Assembly (NCBI GenBank): GCA_963711835.1
Contig: CAVQFQ010000017.1
Location: 640,001 to 704,000 of the forward strand
Source of the DNA: an uncultured delta proteobacterium
GTDB lineage: Bacteria; Desulfobacterota; RBG-13-43-22
DNA length: 64,000 nt
Direction: 5' to 3'
Shown in pieces: positions 41,027 to 51,724 of the stretch. Numbering within the stretch: the first letter of the stretch is position 1; the number at the start of each line of letters is the position of its first letter. The notes under the pieces are model-generated. The model did no database searches. It was not told the origin of the DNA and saw only the letters and a list, made by a program, of their open reading frames with translations. Made by a program: the position numbers and the translations under genes.

Positions 41027-41054
41027 AGTCGTTGGAGGTGAGGAAAAGGTTACA
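41027..41054 (-). promoter_or_regulatory. Candidate ECF-type autoregulatory promoter
   Basis: Minus strand TGTAACC-16 nt-CGACT upstream of the sigma gene. Confidence 0.6.
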
Positions 41055-41117
41055 AAAAAATTATGAACTGGTATAGTAGGATGCCCGAAAAATAGAACGA
41101 TTAAAAAAGGATCGGCA

Positions 41118-42266
41118 ATGCCAATGGATGGCCAGATATTTTCTTATCAATGGATCGAGACCTTTCCGCGATTGGAAGAGGCGGCCCGGGTTCTGGAGCA
41201 GGCCAAAATCATCGGGGTCGACCTGGAAGCGGACTCCATGTACCACTACTTTGAAAAAGTATGCCTCCTGCAGGTCGCCACGGAATCCGCCACGTATGTT
41301 CTGGACCCCCTGGCGCTGAGGGATCTTTCCGCTTTACAGCCCGTTTTTTCCAATCCCCGCATCCGCAAGGTATTCCACGGAGCGGATTATGATATCCGCT
41401 CCCTGTACCGGGACTTTCGTCTCGAGATCGTAAACCTCTTCGATACGCAGTTGGCCGGTAAATTTCTGGGCCTCCAGGAGACCGGGCTGGAAGCATTACT
41501 GCGAAACCGGTTTCAGGTGGCGCTGAATAAAAAATTTCAGCGGGCCGATTGGTCCCGCAGACCCCTTTCCGCGGAAATGGTGGAATACGCAGCGATGGAC
41601 AGCAGGTACCTGATTCCCCTGGCCCGTATGCTGGAAAAGGAACTGGAAGAGAAGGGCCGGTTATCCTGGGTGGAGGAAGAATGCCTATCCATGACTGAGG
41701 TCCGTTTCATACCCCCCAACCGGGGTCCGCTTTACCTGAGAGTGAAAGGGGCTTCCCGCCTGGATCCCAGGAGCCTGGCAGTTCTGGAGACTTTGCTGGA
41801 ATTCCGGGAAGCCAAGGCGCAAAAGTCAGATCTTCCTCCCTTCAAGGTGCTCGGCAACGAACCCCTCCTGGAGCTGGCCGTGAAAAAACCTTTGGACCTG
41901 AAAGAACTGGAAACGGGGAAAGCCCTGAGCCGGAAGCAAATCGACAGATACGGGGCTTATCTGGTGCGGGAGATTCAACGGGCCATGGACATCCCCGATA
42001 AAGATCTCCCGGTGCACCGCCGGGTAGCAAAGCCGGGTCTTTCATCGCCCGTGCGCAACAGGGTCAAAGCCTTAAAAGAATGGCGGGATCGGCAGGCGGA
42101 AAATTTAGGTCTGGAACCTGGAGTCCTTATAAATAACAACCTGATCAATGCCCTGGCTTTGCAAAATCCCTGCTCGATAAAAAAGATGGAAGAGATTTCA
42201 GGGCTGAAAAAATGGCTGCGAGATCATTTCGGCCTAGAGATTCTGGCTGCTCAAACAAGCGATTAA
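41118..42266 (+). CDS. rnd: Ribonuclease D
   Basis: VDLEADS, VFHGADYD, FDTQ, QRADWS.RPL, YAAMD, HRDC domains. Confidence 0.92.
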   Translation: MPMDGQIFSYQWIETFPRLEEAARVLEQAKIIGVDLEADSMYHYFEKVCLLQVATESATYVLDPLALRDLSALQPVFSNPRIRKVFHGADYDIRSLYRDFRLEIVNLFDTQLAGKFLGLQETGLEALLRNRFQVALNKKFQRADWSRRPLSAEMVEYAAMDSRYLIPLARMLEKELEEKGRLSWVEEECLSMTEVRFIPPNRGPLYLRVKGASRLDPRSLAVLETLLEFREAKAQKSDLPPFKVLGNEPLLELAVKKPLDLKELETGKALSRKQIDRYGAYLVREIQRAMDIPDKDLPVHRRVAKPGLSSPVRNRVKALKEWRDRQAENLGLEPGVLINNNLINALALQNPCSIKKMEEISGLKKWLRDHFGLEILAAQTSD

Positions 42267-42342
42267 GTGTGGAGGGCAGGGCAGGGGGCCAGGTTTTTCG
42301 AATAACATCCGGGAAGTCTTTAGGCGGGCCGGCACCAGTCCT

Positions 42343-43164
42343 TCAAGTTAGGATTCCGTTCCGCACCTTTCGCGGTCGGTTCAGGAAGGCCTGCATCAAG
42401 CGGCGCGGTTCTTCGCTCTGCCAGGTTTGCCGAAAGGCCTTTATTCCTGCCTTAACCGCTTCATCAATCGGTAATCTCTCCCAGTGACGTATAAGGACCT
42501 TCTGCATCCGGATCGCTTTCGGGCCGGCCTTAAGGATGGCCTCAATCCAGTCCTCCAGCGCCCGGTCCAGCTTCTCCGGGGCGACGACCCGGTCCACCAA
42601 ACCGCATTGCCGGGCTTCGGCAGCGGTGATGGTTTGGCCGGTATAAATCATTTCCCGAGCCTTGCCCCAGCCCATCAACTTCGGCAAGAGACAGGCCTCA
42701 ATCACCGAGGGCAGCCCAACCCGCACTTCAGGCATGCCGAATTGGGCGTCTTCCGTGGCCAGGCGCAGGTCGCAGGAGGCCGCTATTTCAAGGCCTCCGC
42801 CGAGGCAGTAGCCGGAAATCCGGGCAATGACCGGCACCGGCAGGTCCCGGATGGCCGCGCACACCCCGTGCAGGCGGGCGATAAAGGCCTCCCCGGTGTC
42901 AGGATTGAAATCGACCATTTCATTGATATCCGCACCGCCGATAAAGGCCCGTTTCCCGGCTCCGGTCAGGACCGCGACCCGCAGTCTCTCATCTCCCTTG
43001 AGGCCGACCAGGGCCTGGGTCAGTTCTTCCAGAAGGGGCGTATTGACTACATTCAGTTTGTGCTGATGATCAAGGACGATAAAGGCCACCCGACCTTTCT
43101 CCCGGCGGTCTTTCAATTCAACCCGGACTTCCCCTTTCTTTTTCTCTCTGCTCTTTTTGTTCAT
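42343..43164 (-). CDS. Enoyl-CoA hydratase/isomerase family protein
   Basis: AFIGGADI, GGGLE, GMPEVRVG. Confidence 0.92.
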   Translation of the reverse strand: MNKKSREKKKGEVRVELKDRREKGRVAFIVLDHQHKLNVVNTPLLEELTQALVGLKGDERLRVAVLTGAGKRAFIGGADINEMVDFNPDTGEAFIARLHGVCAAIRDLPVPVIARISGYCLGGGLEIAASCDLRLATEDAQFGMPEVRVGLPSVIEACLLPKLMGWGKAREMIYTGQTITAAEARQCGLVDRVVAPEKLDRALEDWIEAILKAGPKAIRMQKVLIRHWERLPIDEAVKAGIKAFRQTWQSEEPRRLMQAFLNRPRKVRNGILT

Positions 43165-43317
43165 CGTTTTCCCGCCCTCAGGTTTTTATCGTGGAATGTG
43201 TTGAAAACGCCCAAATGGTATCTTCTCCCGCAGAGCCCGATCGGCGATGAAAAGGTATGTCGAAGTTCTTCTTATCATGGGTTTATGATTGGGGAGGACC
43301 TTATCTCATAACATTAA

Positions 43318-44253
43318 TCAGATTTTGCTTTTCTCCGGTGCTCTTTCCCCGAGTTTTTTCCTGGCCGGTCTGACTTTATAGAGGGCTTGGTCTTCCCTGG
43401 CCAGACAAGCCCGTTTTGCATCGGCCCTTTCAAAGGTGAGTTTGGTTTTCAAAAAGAGATCCGAGCCCTCGGCTTTCAAATATCCAGTGGCCATCCGGCA
43501 ATACTCCAAATCAATTTCCACTCCGATGCTGTGGCGGCCGTTTCGAAGGGCTGCAACCATGGTCGTACCGGAGCCGCAGAACGGATCCAGAACGGTATCG
43601 CCCACAAACGAAAACATCCGTACCAAACGGGTGGCCAGTTCCAACGGAAATGGAGCAGGGTGGTGCCGAGTCGAGGCCCCGGGAATATTCCAGATTTGCT
43701 GGAACCAACGATCGAATTCGTCCTTGTTGATCCTGCTGGCCTCGCGTTGGGCGCCGGTCGGTTTTCGATAGCCTCCCGGTTTTCGCTGCATCAGGATGAA
43801 CTCCATGTCGTTTTTGATGATGGCGTTCGGCTCATAGGGTTTGCCGAGGAATTTCGATCCGTTAGGACCTCGTGATGAGGCATTGGCGATTTTGTGCCAG
43901 ACAATCGGGTTCAGGTTGTCAAAGCCGATTCGCCGGCAACTCCCACAGATATCGGCATGGAGCGGGAAAACAAGGTGCCGACCAAAATCCCGCCTGGCCA
44001 CACAAACATCGCCGACCACACAGACCATTCGGCCTCCGGGAACAAGGATCCGGTAGATATGACGCCAGACCTTCTCCAACTCCCCAAGGAATGCTTCATA
44101 ATCTTGAATGTGTCCGAGTTGATCCGGATTTTCATTGTAGCGTTTGAGGTTCCAATAGGGAGGGGAGGTGATGACAAGATGTACGGACTCGTCCTCCAAA
44201 AAAGCCAAGTCGCGGGCGTCGCTGTTGATCAGTCTGTGAATTGTTGTTTCCAT
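43318..44253 (-). CDS. Site-specific DNA methyltransferase (N4/N6, beta class)
   Basis: TSPPY catalytic motif precedes HPAPFP and DPFCGSGTT. Confidence 0.93.
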   Translation of the reverse strand: METTIHRLINSDARDLAFLEDESVHLVITSPPYWNLKRYNENPDQLGHIQDYEAFLGELEKVWRHIYRILVPGGRMVCVVGDVCVARRDFGRHLVFPLHADICGSCRRIGFDNLNPIVWHKIANASSRGPNGSKFLGKPYEPNAIIKNDMEFILMQRKPGGYRKPTGAQREASRINKDEFDRWFQQIWNIPGASTRHHPAPFPLELATRLVRMFSFVGDTVLDPFCGSGTTMVAALRNGRHSIGVEIDLEYCRMATGYLKAEGSDLFLKTKLTFERADAKRACLAREDQALYKVRPARKKLGERAPEKSKI

Positions 44254-44257
44254 AGCA

Positions 44258-44440
44258 TCAGATAAAACTGGCCACATGAGCGGTGAGGATCTTCGCGAAA
44301 CGTTCCATGGAGAGGTCCTCAGCAGGGGCCTTGAAGGCTCCCTTAAGGCCTTCCTGACTCGATGAACTGATAAAGGCCGAGGCGGTATAGTGCCGTTCAA
44401 GGATCAGTTTCCTGCAGAACAACTCATATCGGCGCCCTTT
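44258..44440 (-). pseudogene. C-terminal remnant of a type II restriction endonuclease (PaeR7I-like)
   Basis: RYELFCRKLILERHYTASAFI resembles, from memory, PaeR7I-family C-termini; directly upstream of the MTase; N-terminal part missing. Confidence 0.65.
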
Positions 44441-44480
44441 ACAATGCCTGCACTCGTATTCATCCATGGCGGATTTCCTT

Positions 44481-44870
44481 TTAATACAGCTCAAACCCTT
44501 GGTCAATAAAATCAGGGTCAAAGGCCAAAGCCCTTTTTATCCCCTTCTGTCTCATGATTAAAAAACTCAGGCAGTCCACAAAACTGACCCCTCGCTTCCC
44601 GATTCTTTTCAGTTCCTTCAGGGCCTTTTCATGGAGGTCCTGATCTACCCATTCAATCTGGAATACCGTTACCTCCTTCAGAAATTGCAGGGCCACCTGC
44701 AGGCCAAGCCGGGCCTGCAATAAGGCCGCACTTTCCACCAAAATATAGTTGTGGAGACAAATGGACTCTCTTGCCGACAAGGCTTGATTGAATTTCTCCA
44801 GGGCCGAAGCATGATTGGGATCCGCTTTGTCCGCCATGGCATAGACAGCCGAGGTATCCAAAAAAATCAT
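44481..44870 (-). CDS. PIN-domain (VapC-like) toxin
   Basis: MIFLDTSA, E, SFVDC, AFDPDF acidic motifs. Confidence 0.9.
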   Translation of the reverse strand: MIFLDTSAVYAMADKADPNHASALEKFNQALSARESICLHNYILVESAALLQARLGLQVALQFLKEVTVFQIEWVDQDLHEKALKELKRIGKRGVSFVDCLSFLIMRQKGIKRALAFDPDFIDQGFELY

Positions 44871-45119
44871 TTTTGAAACGCCTCCTCAAGGGCCTGGTCG
44901 TGCCGTTCTGAAACTGGTTTAAGGGATCCTTGAAGGGATTTACCGGCGCCGATAAAGCGGAAATCTTTTATCGACAATGATTTTGGTTGGGCCTGAAGGG
45001 TCATTTCTTTGTCGATGAGTTCCCGAATGACCCCGGCAATGGATTTCTTTTCTTGAAAGGCCCGTTGGCGTAAGACCTCAAAGGTTTTTTCTTCTCAATT
45101 GGATCTGGGCTCGCTTCAT
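44867..45119 (-). CDS. RHH/CopG-like antitoxin; frameshift near 45095
   Basis: Removing one A gives MKRAQIQLEEKTFEVLRQRAFQEKKSIAGVIRELID...SERHDQALEEAFQK; stop overlaps toxin ATG (ATGA). Confidence 0.8.
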
Positions 45120-45450
45120 GAGGGTCCTCCTTCCGGTTAGGCAGTAACAGCATACCATCATGCTGTGATGATGTCAATCCCTTTTCTCCATACCCCGGGT
45201 CGTCATCAGGCCCCTTCTTTCTTCTAACCCCTTCCATTTCGCCCGCTAACGTGCTCAGGGCCTTCGGCTGTTCGATCAGGACGGCCGGCAGGATGGTCTC
45301 CGGGGGGCGGGGGCGGGAGGACAGTCCGCCAAGGCACCGTCAAAGGAGTCGGGCGTAGCCCCCGGGAGCGGGTGGAAGGTCTGATTTATCCTTGACTTAT
45401 CGCTTGCTTGTGATAAGGGAAAGAAAGTCAATGAAGGTGCTGGAGGAAAG

Positions 45451-48255
45451 ATGGATTATAAAAAGACCCTGAACCTGCCCCGGACTGATTTTCCGATGAA
45501 GGCCGGTCTGGCCCAAAAGGAACCAGGCTGGCTGGAAAAATGGGGGCAGATGGAATTATATCAAAAGATCCGCCGGTCTTCGCTGGGCCGGAAGCAGTTT
45601 ATCCTGCATGACGGCCCCCCCTATGCCAATGGCAACATTCACATGGGAACGGCCTTTAATAAGATTCTAAAGGACATCATCATCAAATCCAAACAGATGA
45701 CCGGATTTGACGCCCCTTATGTGCCGGGCTGGGATTGTCACGGCCTGCCGATAGAACATCAGGTGGACAAGGAATTAGGGGCCAAACGAAAGGAGCTGTC
45801 CCAGATCGAAATCCGTCAACGCTGCCGGGAGTATGCCGGAAAATATATTGATATCCAACGGGAGGAATTCAAGAGGTTGGGGGTCTTGGGAGAATGGGAA
45901 AACCCCTACCTGACCATGAATTATGCCTATGAAGCGGTCATCGTCCGGGAGTTCGGGAAATTCGCCCTCCAGGGGAGTGTCACCAAGAGCAAAAAACCCA
46001 TTTACTGGTGTGCCTCGTGCCGGACGGCCCTGGCCGAGGCCGAGGTGGAATATGAACCCCACACCTCGCCGTCCATTTTTGTCGCCTTTCCTTTAATCAG
46101 CCGCCTGGATGAAATCTATCCGGCCCTCAAAGGCAAGGACGTTTCGGTTCTGATCTGGACCACCACCCCCTGGACTATTCCAGCCAATCTGGCCCTGGCC
46201 TTTCACCCGGATTATGAGTATGTGGCCGTCCAGGTGGAGGAGGAGGTCTTCATCCTGGCCAAGGGACTTCTGGAAAAGGTCGGCCAGCGTCTGGCCTGGC
46301 AAAATCCCGTGATTTTGACTGCGGTGGATCCCAAGGTCCTGGAGGGCAAAGAAAGCCGGCATCCCCTTTACGAGCGGGGATCCATGATGATCCTGGCCCC
46401 CTATGTGACCCTGGAGGATGGTACCGGAGTGGTTCATACCGCCCCCGGTCATGGGCAGGAAGATTATGAGAGCGGTCTCAACTATCACCTGGACATCTAT
46501 TCGCCCGTCGATGACGGGGGCCGGTTCACCCCTGAGGTCGGGTTTTTCGCCGGGGAATTTGTCTTTGAAGCCAACGAGTCGGTCAAGAAAAAATTACGGG
46601 AAGTGCAGGCCCTGAAAGGGGAGGAAACCATTGAACACAGTTACCCCCACTGCTGGCGCTGCAAAAAGCCGGTTATTTTCAGGGCCACCGAACAATGGTT
46701 TATCTCCATGGAGGCCAATGACTTAAGGAAAAAGGCCCTGGCCGAGATTGATCGGGTCACCTGGGTGCCGGCCTGGGGCCGGGACCGGATCCGGGGCATG
46801 ATGGAAACCCGGCCGGACTGGTGTCTTTCCCGCCAGCGATCCTGGGGCGTACCCATCCCGGCCTTTTATTGCCTGCAGTGCAACAACTGGGTCCTTACCC
46901 AGGCTATGCTCGACCGTCTTGAAGAATTGGTGAACGATCAGGGGGCCGATATCTGGTTCTCCGCGCCGGTGGAGCAATTGATCCCTTCCGGCACCACCTG
47001 CCCTCATTGTCAGGGCAGCCAATTCCGAAAGGAGACCGACATCCTGGATGTCTGGTTTGATTCCGGGGTGAGTTATGCCGGGGTCCTGGAAGCCCGACCC
47101 TACCTCAGGTCTCCGGCAGACCTCTATCTGGAGGGGAGCGATCAGCATCGGGGCTGGTTTCACAGTTCCCTCCTGGCCTCGGTGGGAACCAGAGGACAGG
47201 CGCCTTATCAGGCGGTTTTGACCCATGGCTTCGTGGTGGACGGCAAAGGGAAGAAGATGTCGAAATCCCTGGGGAACGTCATCTACCCTGAAGAGGTCAT
47301 TAAAAAATGGGGGGCCGAGATCCTGCGTCTCTGGGTATCGGCTGAGGACTATCGGGACGATATCCGGATCTCTTCCGGAATCCTCCAGCAGTTAACCGAA
47401 GCCTATCGTCGGATCCGCAATACCTGCCGTTTTCTGTTGGGAAACGTGGCCGGGTTCCGAAGCCGGCTGGATCAGGTGCCTTTTTCGGAGATGGAAGAAT
47501 TGGACCGCTGGGCCCTGCATCAGCTCCAATACGTTATCAGCCGGGTTAGACGGGCTTATGAAAGCTATGAATTTCACATCGTCTATCACACCCTCTATCA
47601 ATTCTGCACCAATGAACTCAGTGCTTTTTATCTGGACATCCTCAAGGACCGGCTTTATACCTTTGCTCCCCAGTCCCGGGAAAGACGTTCGGCCCAAACC
47701 GCCCTGATGATCATCCTCAAGGCCCTGGTGCGGCTCATGGCCCCGATCCTGTCGTTCACGGCTGAAGAGGTCTGGTCCTATTTGGCTCCGGAAGAAAAGG
47801 AGGAAGAAAGCGTTCACCTGACCCAACTCCCGGCCCAGGAAGCCGGGCTTTTGGACGAGGCCTTGAATGAACGCTGGAAGACCCTGATCGCCTTAAGGGG
47901 AGAAGTGACCAAGGCCCTGGAGCTAGCCCGGCGGGCCCAGCTCATCGGCCACCCGCTGGAGGCCAAAGTAACTCTTTCTCTGCCCGACTCCTTGGGGTCG
48001 CTTATAGGTCCCTATAGCGCATTTTTTGCCACCCTCTTTATCGTTTCCCAGGTCGAGGTCGTCCCAGGCCGGACCGCCGAAGAAGCCTTTTCAAGCCTGG
48101 AGATTCCGGGCCTGACCATCCAGGTGGAACGGGCTCGGGGGGAAAAGTGTGAACGCTGCTGGAATTACCGGCTTGAGGTGGGAAAATTTATCGAGCACCC
48201 TACGATCTGCCCCCGTTGTTATCAGGCCATTACCCAAGGGCAAGGATTATCCTGA
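45451..48255 (+). CDS. ileS: Isoleucine--tRNA ligase
   Basis: [26 protein letters not shown]-terminal zinc finger. Confidence 0.99.
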   Translation: MDYKKTLNLPRTDFPMKAGLAQKEPGWLEKWGQMELYQKIRRSSLGRKQFILHDGPPYANGNIHMGTAFNKILKDIIIKSKQMTGFDAPYVPGWDCHGLPIEHQVDKELGAKRKELSQIEIRQRCREYAGKYIDIQREEFKRLGVLGEWENPYLTMNYAYEAVIVREFGKFALQGSVTKSKKPIYWCASCRTALAEAEVEYEPHTSPSIFVAFPLISRLDEIYPALKGKDVSVLIWTTTPWTIPANLALAFHPDYEYVAVQVEEEVFILAKGLLEKVGQRLAWQNPVILTAVDPKVLEGKESRHPLYERGSMMILAPYVTLEDGTGVVHTAPGHGQEDYESGLNYHLDIYSPVDDGGRFTPEVGFFAGEFVFEANESVKKKLREVQALKGEETIEHSYPHCWRCKKPVIFRATEQWFISMEANDLRKKALAEIDRVTWVPAWGRDRIRGMMETRPDWCLSRQRSWGVPIPAFYCLQCNNWVLTQAMLDRLEELVNDQGADIWFSAPVEQLIPSGTTCPHCQGSQFRKETDILDVWFDSGVSYAGVLEARPYLRSPADLYLEGSDQHRGWFHSSLLASVGTRGQAPYQAVLTHGFVVDGKGKKMSKSLGNVIYPEEVIKKWGAEILRLWVSAEDYRDDIRISSGILQQLTEAYRRIRNTCRFLLGNVAGFRSRLDQVPFSEMEELDRWALHQLQYVISRVRRAYESYEFHIVYHTLYQFCTNELSAFYLDILKDRLYTFAPQSRERRSAQTALMIILKALVRLMAPILSFTAEEVWSYLAPEEKEEESVHLTQLPAQEAGLLDEALNERWKTLIALRGEVTKALELARRAQLIGHPLEAKVTLSLPDSLGSLIGPYSAFFATLFIVSQVEVVPGRTAEEAFSSLEIPGLTIQVERARGEKCERCWNYRLEVGKFIEHPTICPRCYQAITQGQGLS

Positions 48256-48731
48256 TGGTTAGAAAAAATTTTTGGCCTCTGGGCCTGACTTTTTTCTCGG
48301 TCTTGGTTTTGGATCTGCTTACAAAAAAATACGTCCTGACCCATTATCCCCTGTATTACTCCCGGGAGGTTATCCCTGGATTTTTTAATCTGGTCCATAT
48401 CCAAAACAGGGGTGTGGCCTTTGGGTTCTTAAGCGGGCAGAATTCCTTCTGGCGGGATGCCCTCCTGACCCTGCTCCCCATAGCGGCCATCGTGGGCATC
48501 CTGATCTATCTTCTGATCACCCCTCCCGGCAAAAAAGGCCTGCTTCTGGCCCTGGGAGGTGTCTTGGGCGGCGCCCTGGGTAACCTGATCGACCGGTTCC
48601 GTTTTAAAGCCGTTGTGGATTTCCTGGATTTTTACTGGGGGAAGGTCCACTGGCCGGCTTTTAATGTCGCCGATTCGGCTATCACCCTGGGGGTCCTTTA
48701 CTTGATCTATCGATTTTGGAGAGAGGCCTGA
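48255..48731 (+). CDS. lspA: Lipoprotein signal peptidase II
   Basis: NRGVAFG, GALGNLIDR, VVDF, FNVAD. Confidence 0.97.
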   Translation: MVRKNFWPLGLTFFSVLVLDLLTKKYVLTHYPLYYSREVIPGFFNLVHIQNRGVAFGFLSGQNSFWRDALLTLLPIAAIVGILIYLLITPPGKKGLLLALGGVLGGALGNLIDRFRFKAVVDFLDFYWGKVHWPAFNVADSAITLGVLYLIYRFWREA

Positions 48732-48733
48732 TC

Positions 48734-49504
48734 ATGTTTCCCACCCTGTTTCAATTCGGATCTTTTGCCCTCCACACCTATGGGTTATTTATCGCAGTGG
48801 GTTTTCTTCTGGGTATCGGGTTGGCCCTGAAAGAAGGCCGCCGAAAGGGAATCCCTTCGGAAAAGATCCTGGATCTTTCTTTTTTTATCATTATCTCAGC
48901 CATCGTAGGTTCCCGTCTTCTCTACGTGGCCATTAATTATACCTATTACCTGGACCATCCTCTGGCCTTCTTTAAAATCTGGGAAGGAGGACTGGTTTTT
49001 TACGGCGGCTTCATCCTGGCCTTCCTGACCGGGCTCTGGTACCTTAAAAAACAGCAACTTCCCTTCTGGGAGATGGGAGACCTCCTGGCTCCTTCCATTG
49101 CCATAGGCCAGGTATTCGGACGGTTAGGCTGCTTTGCCGCCGGCTGTTGTTTTGGGGAAAGAACGGATCTTCCCTGGGCGGTTACCTTCAGTCATCCGGA
49201 TTCACTGGCCCCGACCGGGGTGGCCTTGCATCCCACCCAATTGTATGAGGCCTTGGCCGCTCTGGTTATCTTTTTGATTCTAATGCTATTGAAGGGCCGT
49301 CCGTCCGTTCCGGGGTATCGGATCCTGCTCTACCTGTTTCTCTATGGTTCGGTGCGCTGGGGAATTGAATTTTTCCGGGGAGATTACCGGGGAACCCTCA
49401 TAGGAGGCGGCTGGTCGGATACCCAGTATATCAGCCTGCTGTTGATTGTTTTTTCAATAATCATGGCCCTTTATTTAAAAAAAAGAAAAGCCCGGCCGAC
49501 CTAA
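48734..49504 (+). CDS. lgt: Prolipoprotein diacylglyceryl transferase
   Basis: WEGGLVFYGG, GRLGCF, HPTQLYE. Confidence 0.96.
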   Translation: MFPTLFQFGSFALHTYGLFIAVGFLLGIGLALKEGRRKGIPSEKILDLSFFIIISAIVGSRLLYVAINYTYYLDHPLAFFKIWEGGLVFYGGFILAFLTGLWYLKKQQLPFWEMGDLLAPSIAIGQVFGRLGCFAAGCCFGERTDLPWAVTFSHPDSLAPTGVALHPTQLYEALAALVIFLILMLLKGRPSVPGYRILLYLFLYGSVRWGIEFFRGDYRGTLIGGGWSDTQYISLLLIVFSIIMALYLKKRKARPT

Positions 49505-49630
49505 AAAAAAACTTGCCAATTTTTTTTTATTATATTAGACCTCTCCTTAGTTTAGGAAAATACGGGCTTCTCGTTGGGTTAGGGGAGGCCGGGATCAGGA
49601 TATCGATCAGACAAAAAAAGGGGGTTCATT

Positions 49631-50062
49631 TTGGTTATCTTAGAAGAACTAAGATACAGTAAGGATCATGTCTGGGCCCGATTGGATGATGACAATCGGA
49701 TCACCATCGGCATCACCGATTATGCCCAGGAGGAGCTTGGAGAATTATCCGGTATTGACCTGCCCGAAGAAGGGGATGAGGTCGTCAAGGATGAACCCTT
49801 TGGTTCGGCAGAATCCCAGATTGCCGTGTCGGATCTTTTTTCTCCTCTGAATGGGGAGATCCTCGAGGTCAACCAGGAACTCCTGGATTCCCCGGAAATT
49901 ATCAATGAGGATCCTTATCAAGACGGATGGATTATCCGGATAGACGTCTCCTCCACCACCGAATATTATGAACTCTTAACCGCCGAAGAGTATGAAGATT
50001 ACCTGAAAGAGATCCGGGGGGAAGAGGCGCTGGAGGAGGAAGAAGAGGTAGCAGAGGAATAA
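49631..50062 (+). CDS. GcvH-like protein lacking the lipoyl-lysine
   Basis: YSKDH.W, IGITDYAQ.ELG, DPY.DGW; ESQIA instead of ESVKA. Confidence 0.85.
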   Translation: MVILEELRYSKDHVWARLDDDNRITIGITDYAQEELGELSGIDLPEEGDEVVKDEPFGSAESQIAVSDLFSPLNGEILEVNQELLDSPEIINEDPYQDGWIIRIDVSSTTEYYELLTAEEYEDYLKEIRGEEALEEEEEVAEE

Positions 50063-50115
50063 TAATCCGGAACTTCGAGGATTCAAAACTTCCCGACGGA
50101 ACAGCTTCGGGCAAC

Positions 50116-50892
50116 GTGAACGCATTGGAAGGCCGGAAAAGGAGCAGAAAGATCGACTCCATCATCGTCCGAAAGGTCGTCGAACAGATAAAAATGTCCC
50201 GCCGGGCGGTGGCCCTGACAGGAGCGGGCATATCGGTGGAAAGCGGCATCCCGGCTTTCCGAGGGAGCCAGGGCCTCTGGGATCGCTATGACCCCATGGA
50301 ATTCGCTCATATTGAAGCCTTCCTGGCCGATCCTAAAAAGGTCTGGCGGATGTTGGTCGAGCTCAGGACTCTGGTCGATCAGGCCCAACCCAACCCGGCC
50401 CACCTGGCCCTGGCCCGATTGGAAAAATTAGGCTATTTAAAGGCTATTATTACCCAGAATATCGACGCCCTCCATCAGCAGGCCGGGAATAAAGACGTTA
50501 TCGAATTTCACGGCAACGGCCAACGGTTGATCTGCTTGAGTTGCGGAAAACAGTTCGCCAAAGGGACGATTCCCCTTGATTCCCTTCCTCCACGTTGTCT
50601 TTGCCAGGGCCTTCTTAAACCCGATGTGGTTTTTTTCGGGGAGCCCATTCCCCAGGAAGCCAGTCGGCGGGCCTTTCAACTCAGCCAAGAATGTGATCTG
50701 ATGCTGGTCATCGGGACCTCGGCGGTAGTAGCCCCGGCGAGTCATTTGCCCTTTATGGCCAAACAAAACGGAGCGGTACTTATTGAAATAAATCTTGAAC
50801 GTACGCACCTATCGGAGACTATTTCCGATTTCGTTTTGGAAGCTTCCGCCAGCCAAGCCCTGACCGTTATTCTGGAATATTTTGGATCCTGA
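50116..50892 (+). CDS. cobB: NAD-dependent deacylase (sirtuin)
   Basis: TGAGISVESGIP.FRG, TQNID, HGN, KPDVVFFGE, GTS; start uncertain. Confidence 0.92.
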   Translation: MNALEGRKRSRKIDSIIVRKVVEQIKMSRRAVALTGAGISVESGIPAFRGSQGLWDRYDPMEFAHIEAFLADPKKVWRMLVELRTLVDQAQPNPAHLALARLEKLGYLKAIITQNIDALHQQAGNKDVIEFHGNGQRLICLSCGKQFAKGTIPLDSLPPRCLCQGLLKPDVVFFGEPIPQEASRRAFQLSQECDLMLVIGTSAVVAPASHLPFMAKQNGAVLIEINLERTHLSETISDFVLEASASQALTVILEYFGS

Positions 50893-50979
50893 GTCACGGA
50901 CCTCGTTCCCTATTCCCAATTTCGATTCCAAACGCGGCAGGTTTTCTAAGGAAGATAAAAGGGGGGAAAAAATAATCCG

Positions 50980-51717
50980 ATGTTGAGTATCATTAATCAA
51001 AATGAGATTCTATCCATGGTCTGGCATGCCGGAGCCATGGTTAAATTCGTCCTTTTTCTGCTTTTGGCCTTTTCGATCCTTTCCTGGGCTATTATTATTA
51101 TGAAATATCGCATCATTCAGAGGGCCCGCAAGGAGACCAGCCGATTCCAGGAGATTTTTTGGAACAGCAAAAGCCTGGCTACGGCTTATAAGGAATCCAA
51201 AGACCTGGGTTACAGCCCGGTAGCGGAGGTCTTTCGGGTCGGGTATCAGGAATTGGGACGGCTTCGAAAAATGCATCAGGAGAACGAAGAAGCAGCCAAG
51301 GGAGAAGGCAGTGATATTTTAACCACCAGCCTGGGCCATTATGAAAATATTCCCCGGGCCTTGCGGGCCGCCATGAATTCCCAGGTAACCCGGTTGGGCT
51401 ACGCCCTTACTTTTTTAGCCACCACCGGGAATACCGCTCCTTTTATCGGGCTGTTCGGCACCGTCTGGGGGATTATGAATTCCTTCCATAGTATCGGACT
51501 GCGCGGAGGAGCCAGTCTGGCGGTGGTGGCCCCGGGCATTTCCGAGGCCCTGATAGCTACGGCCGCCGGATTGGGAGCGGCTATCCCTTCGGTCATTGCC
51601 TATAATTATTTCTCTAGTCAAGTCCGGGTCCTGGAGTCGGAGATGAGCAATTTTTCCTCCGATTTAATCAACATGATTGAAAGGGACCATTTAAGGAAGT
51701 TCGGATCCAGGAGGTAA
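50980..51717 (+). CDS. tolQ: TolQ
   Basis: APFIGLFGTVWGIM, PGISEALIATA; tol-pal context. Confidence 0.95.
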   Translation: MLSIINQNEILSMVWHAGAMVKFVLFLLLAFSILSWAIIIMKYRIIQRARKETSRFQEIFWNSKSLATAYKESKDLGYSPVAEVFRVGYQELGRLRKMHQENEEAAKGEGSDILTTSLGHYENIPRALRAAMNSQVTRLGYALTFLATTGNTAPFIGLFGTVWGIMNSFHSIGLRGGASLAVVAPGISEALIATAAGLGAAIPSVIAYNYFSSQVRVLESEMSNFSSDLINMIERDHLRKFGSRR

Positions 51718-51724
51718 TCCCGGC

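Noticed and set aside
43860-43885. MTase segment NASSRGPNG, which could hide a compensated frameshift (an alternative frame reads HEV)
   Set aside because: The frame stays open and I cannot verify the family consensus without an alignment.
45180-45385. GC-rich stretch upstream of ileS as a T-box or gene remnant
   Set aside because: No T-box motif or terminator was recognised, and no identifiable protein.
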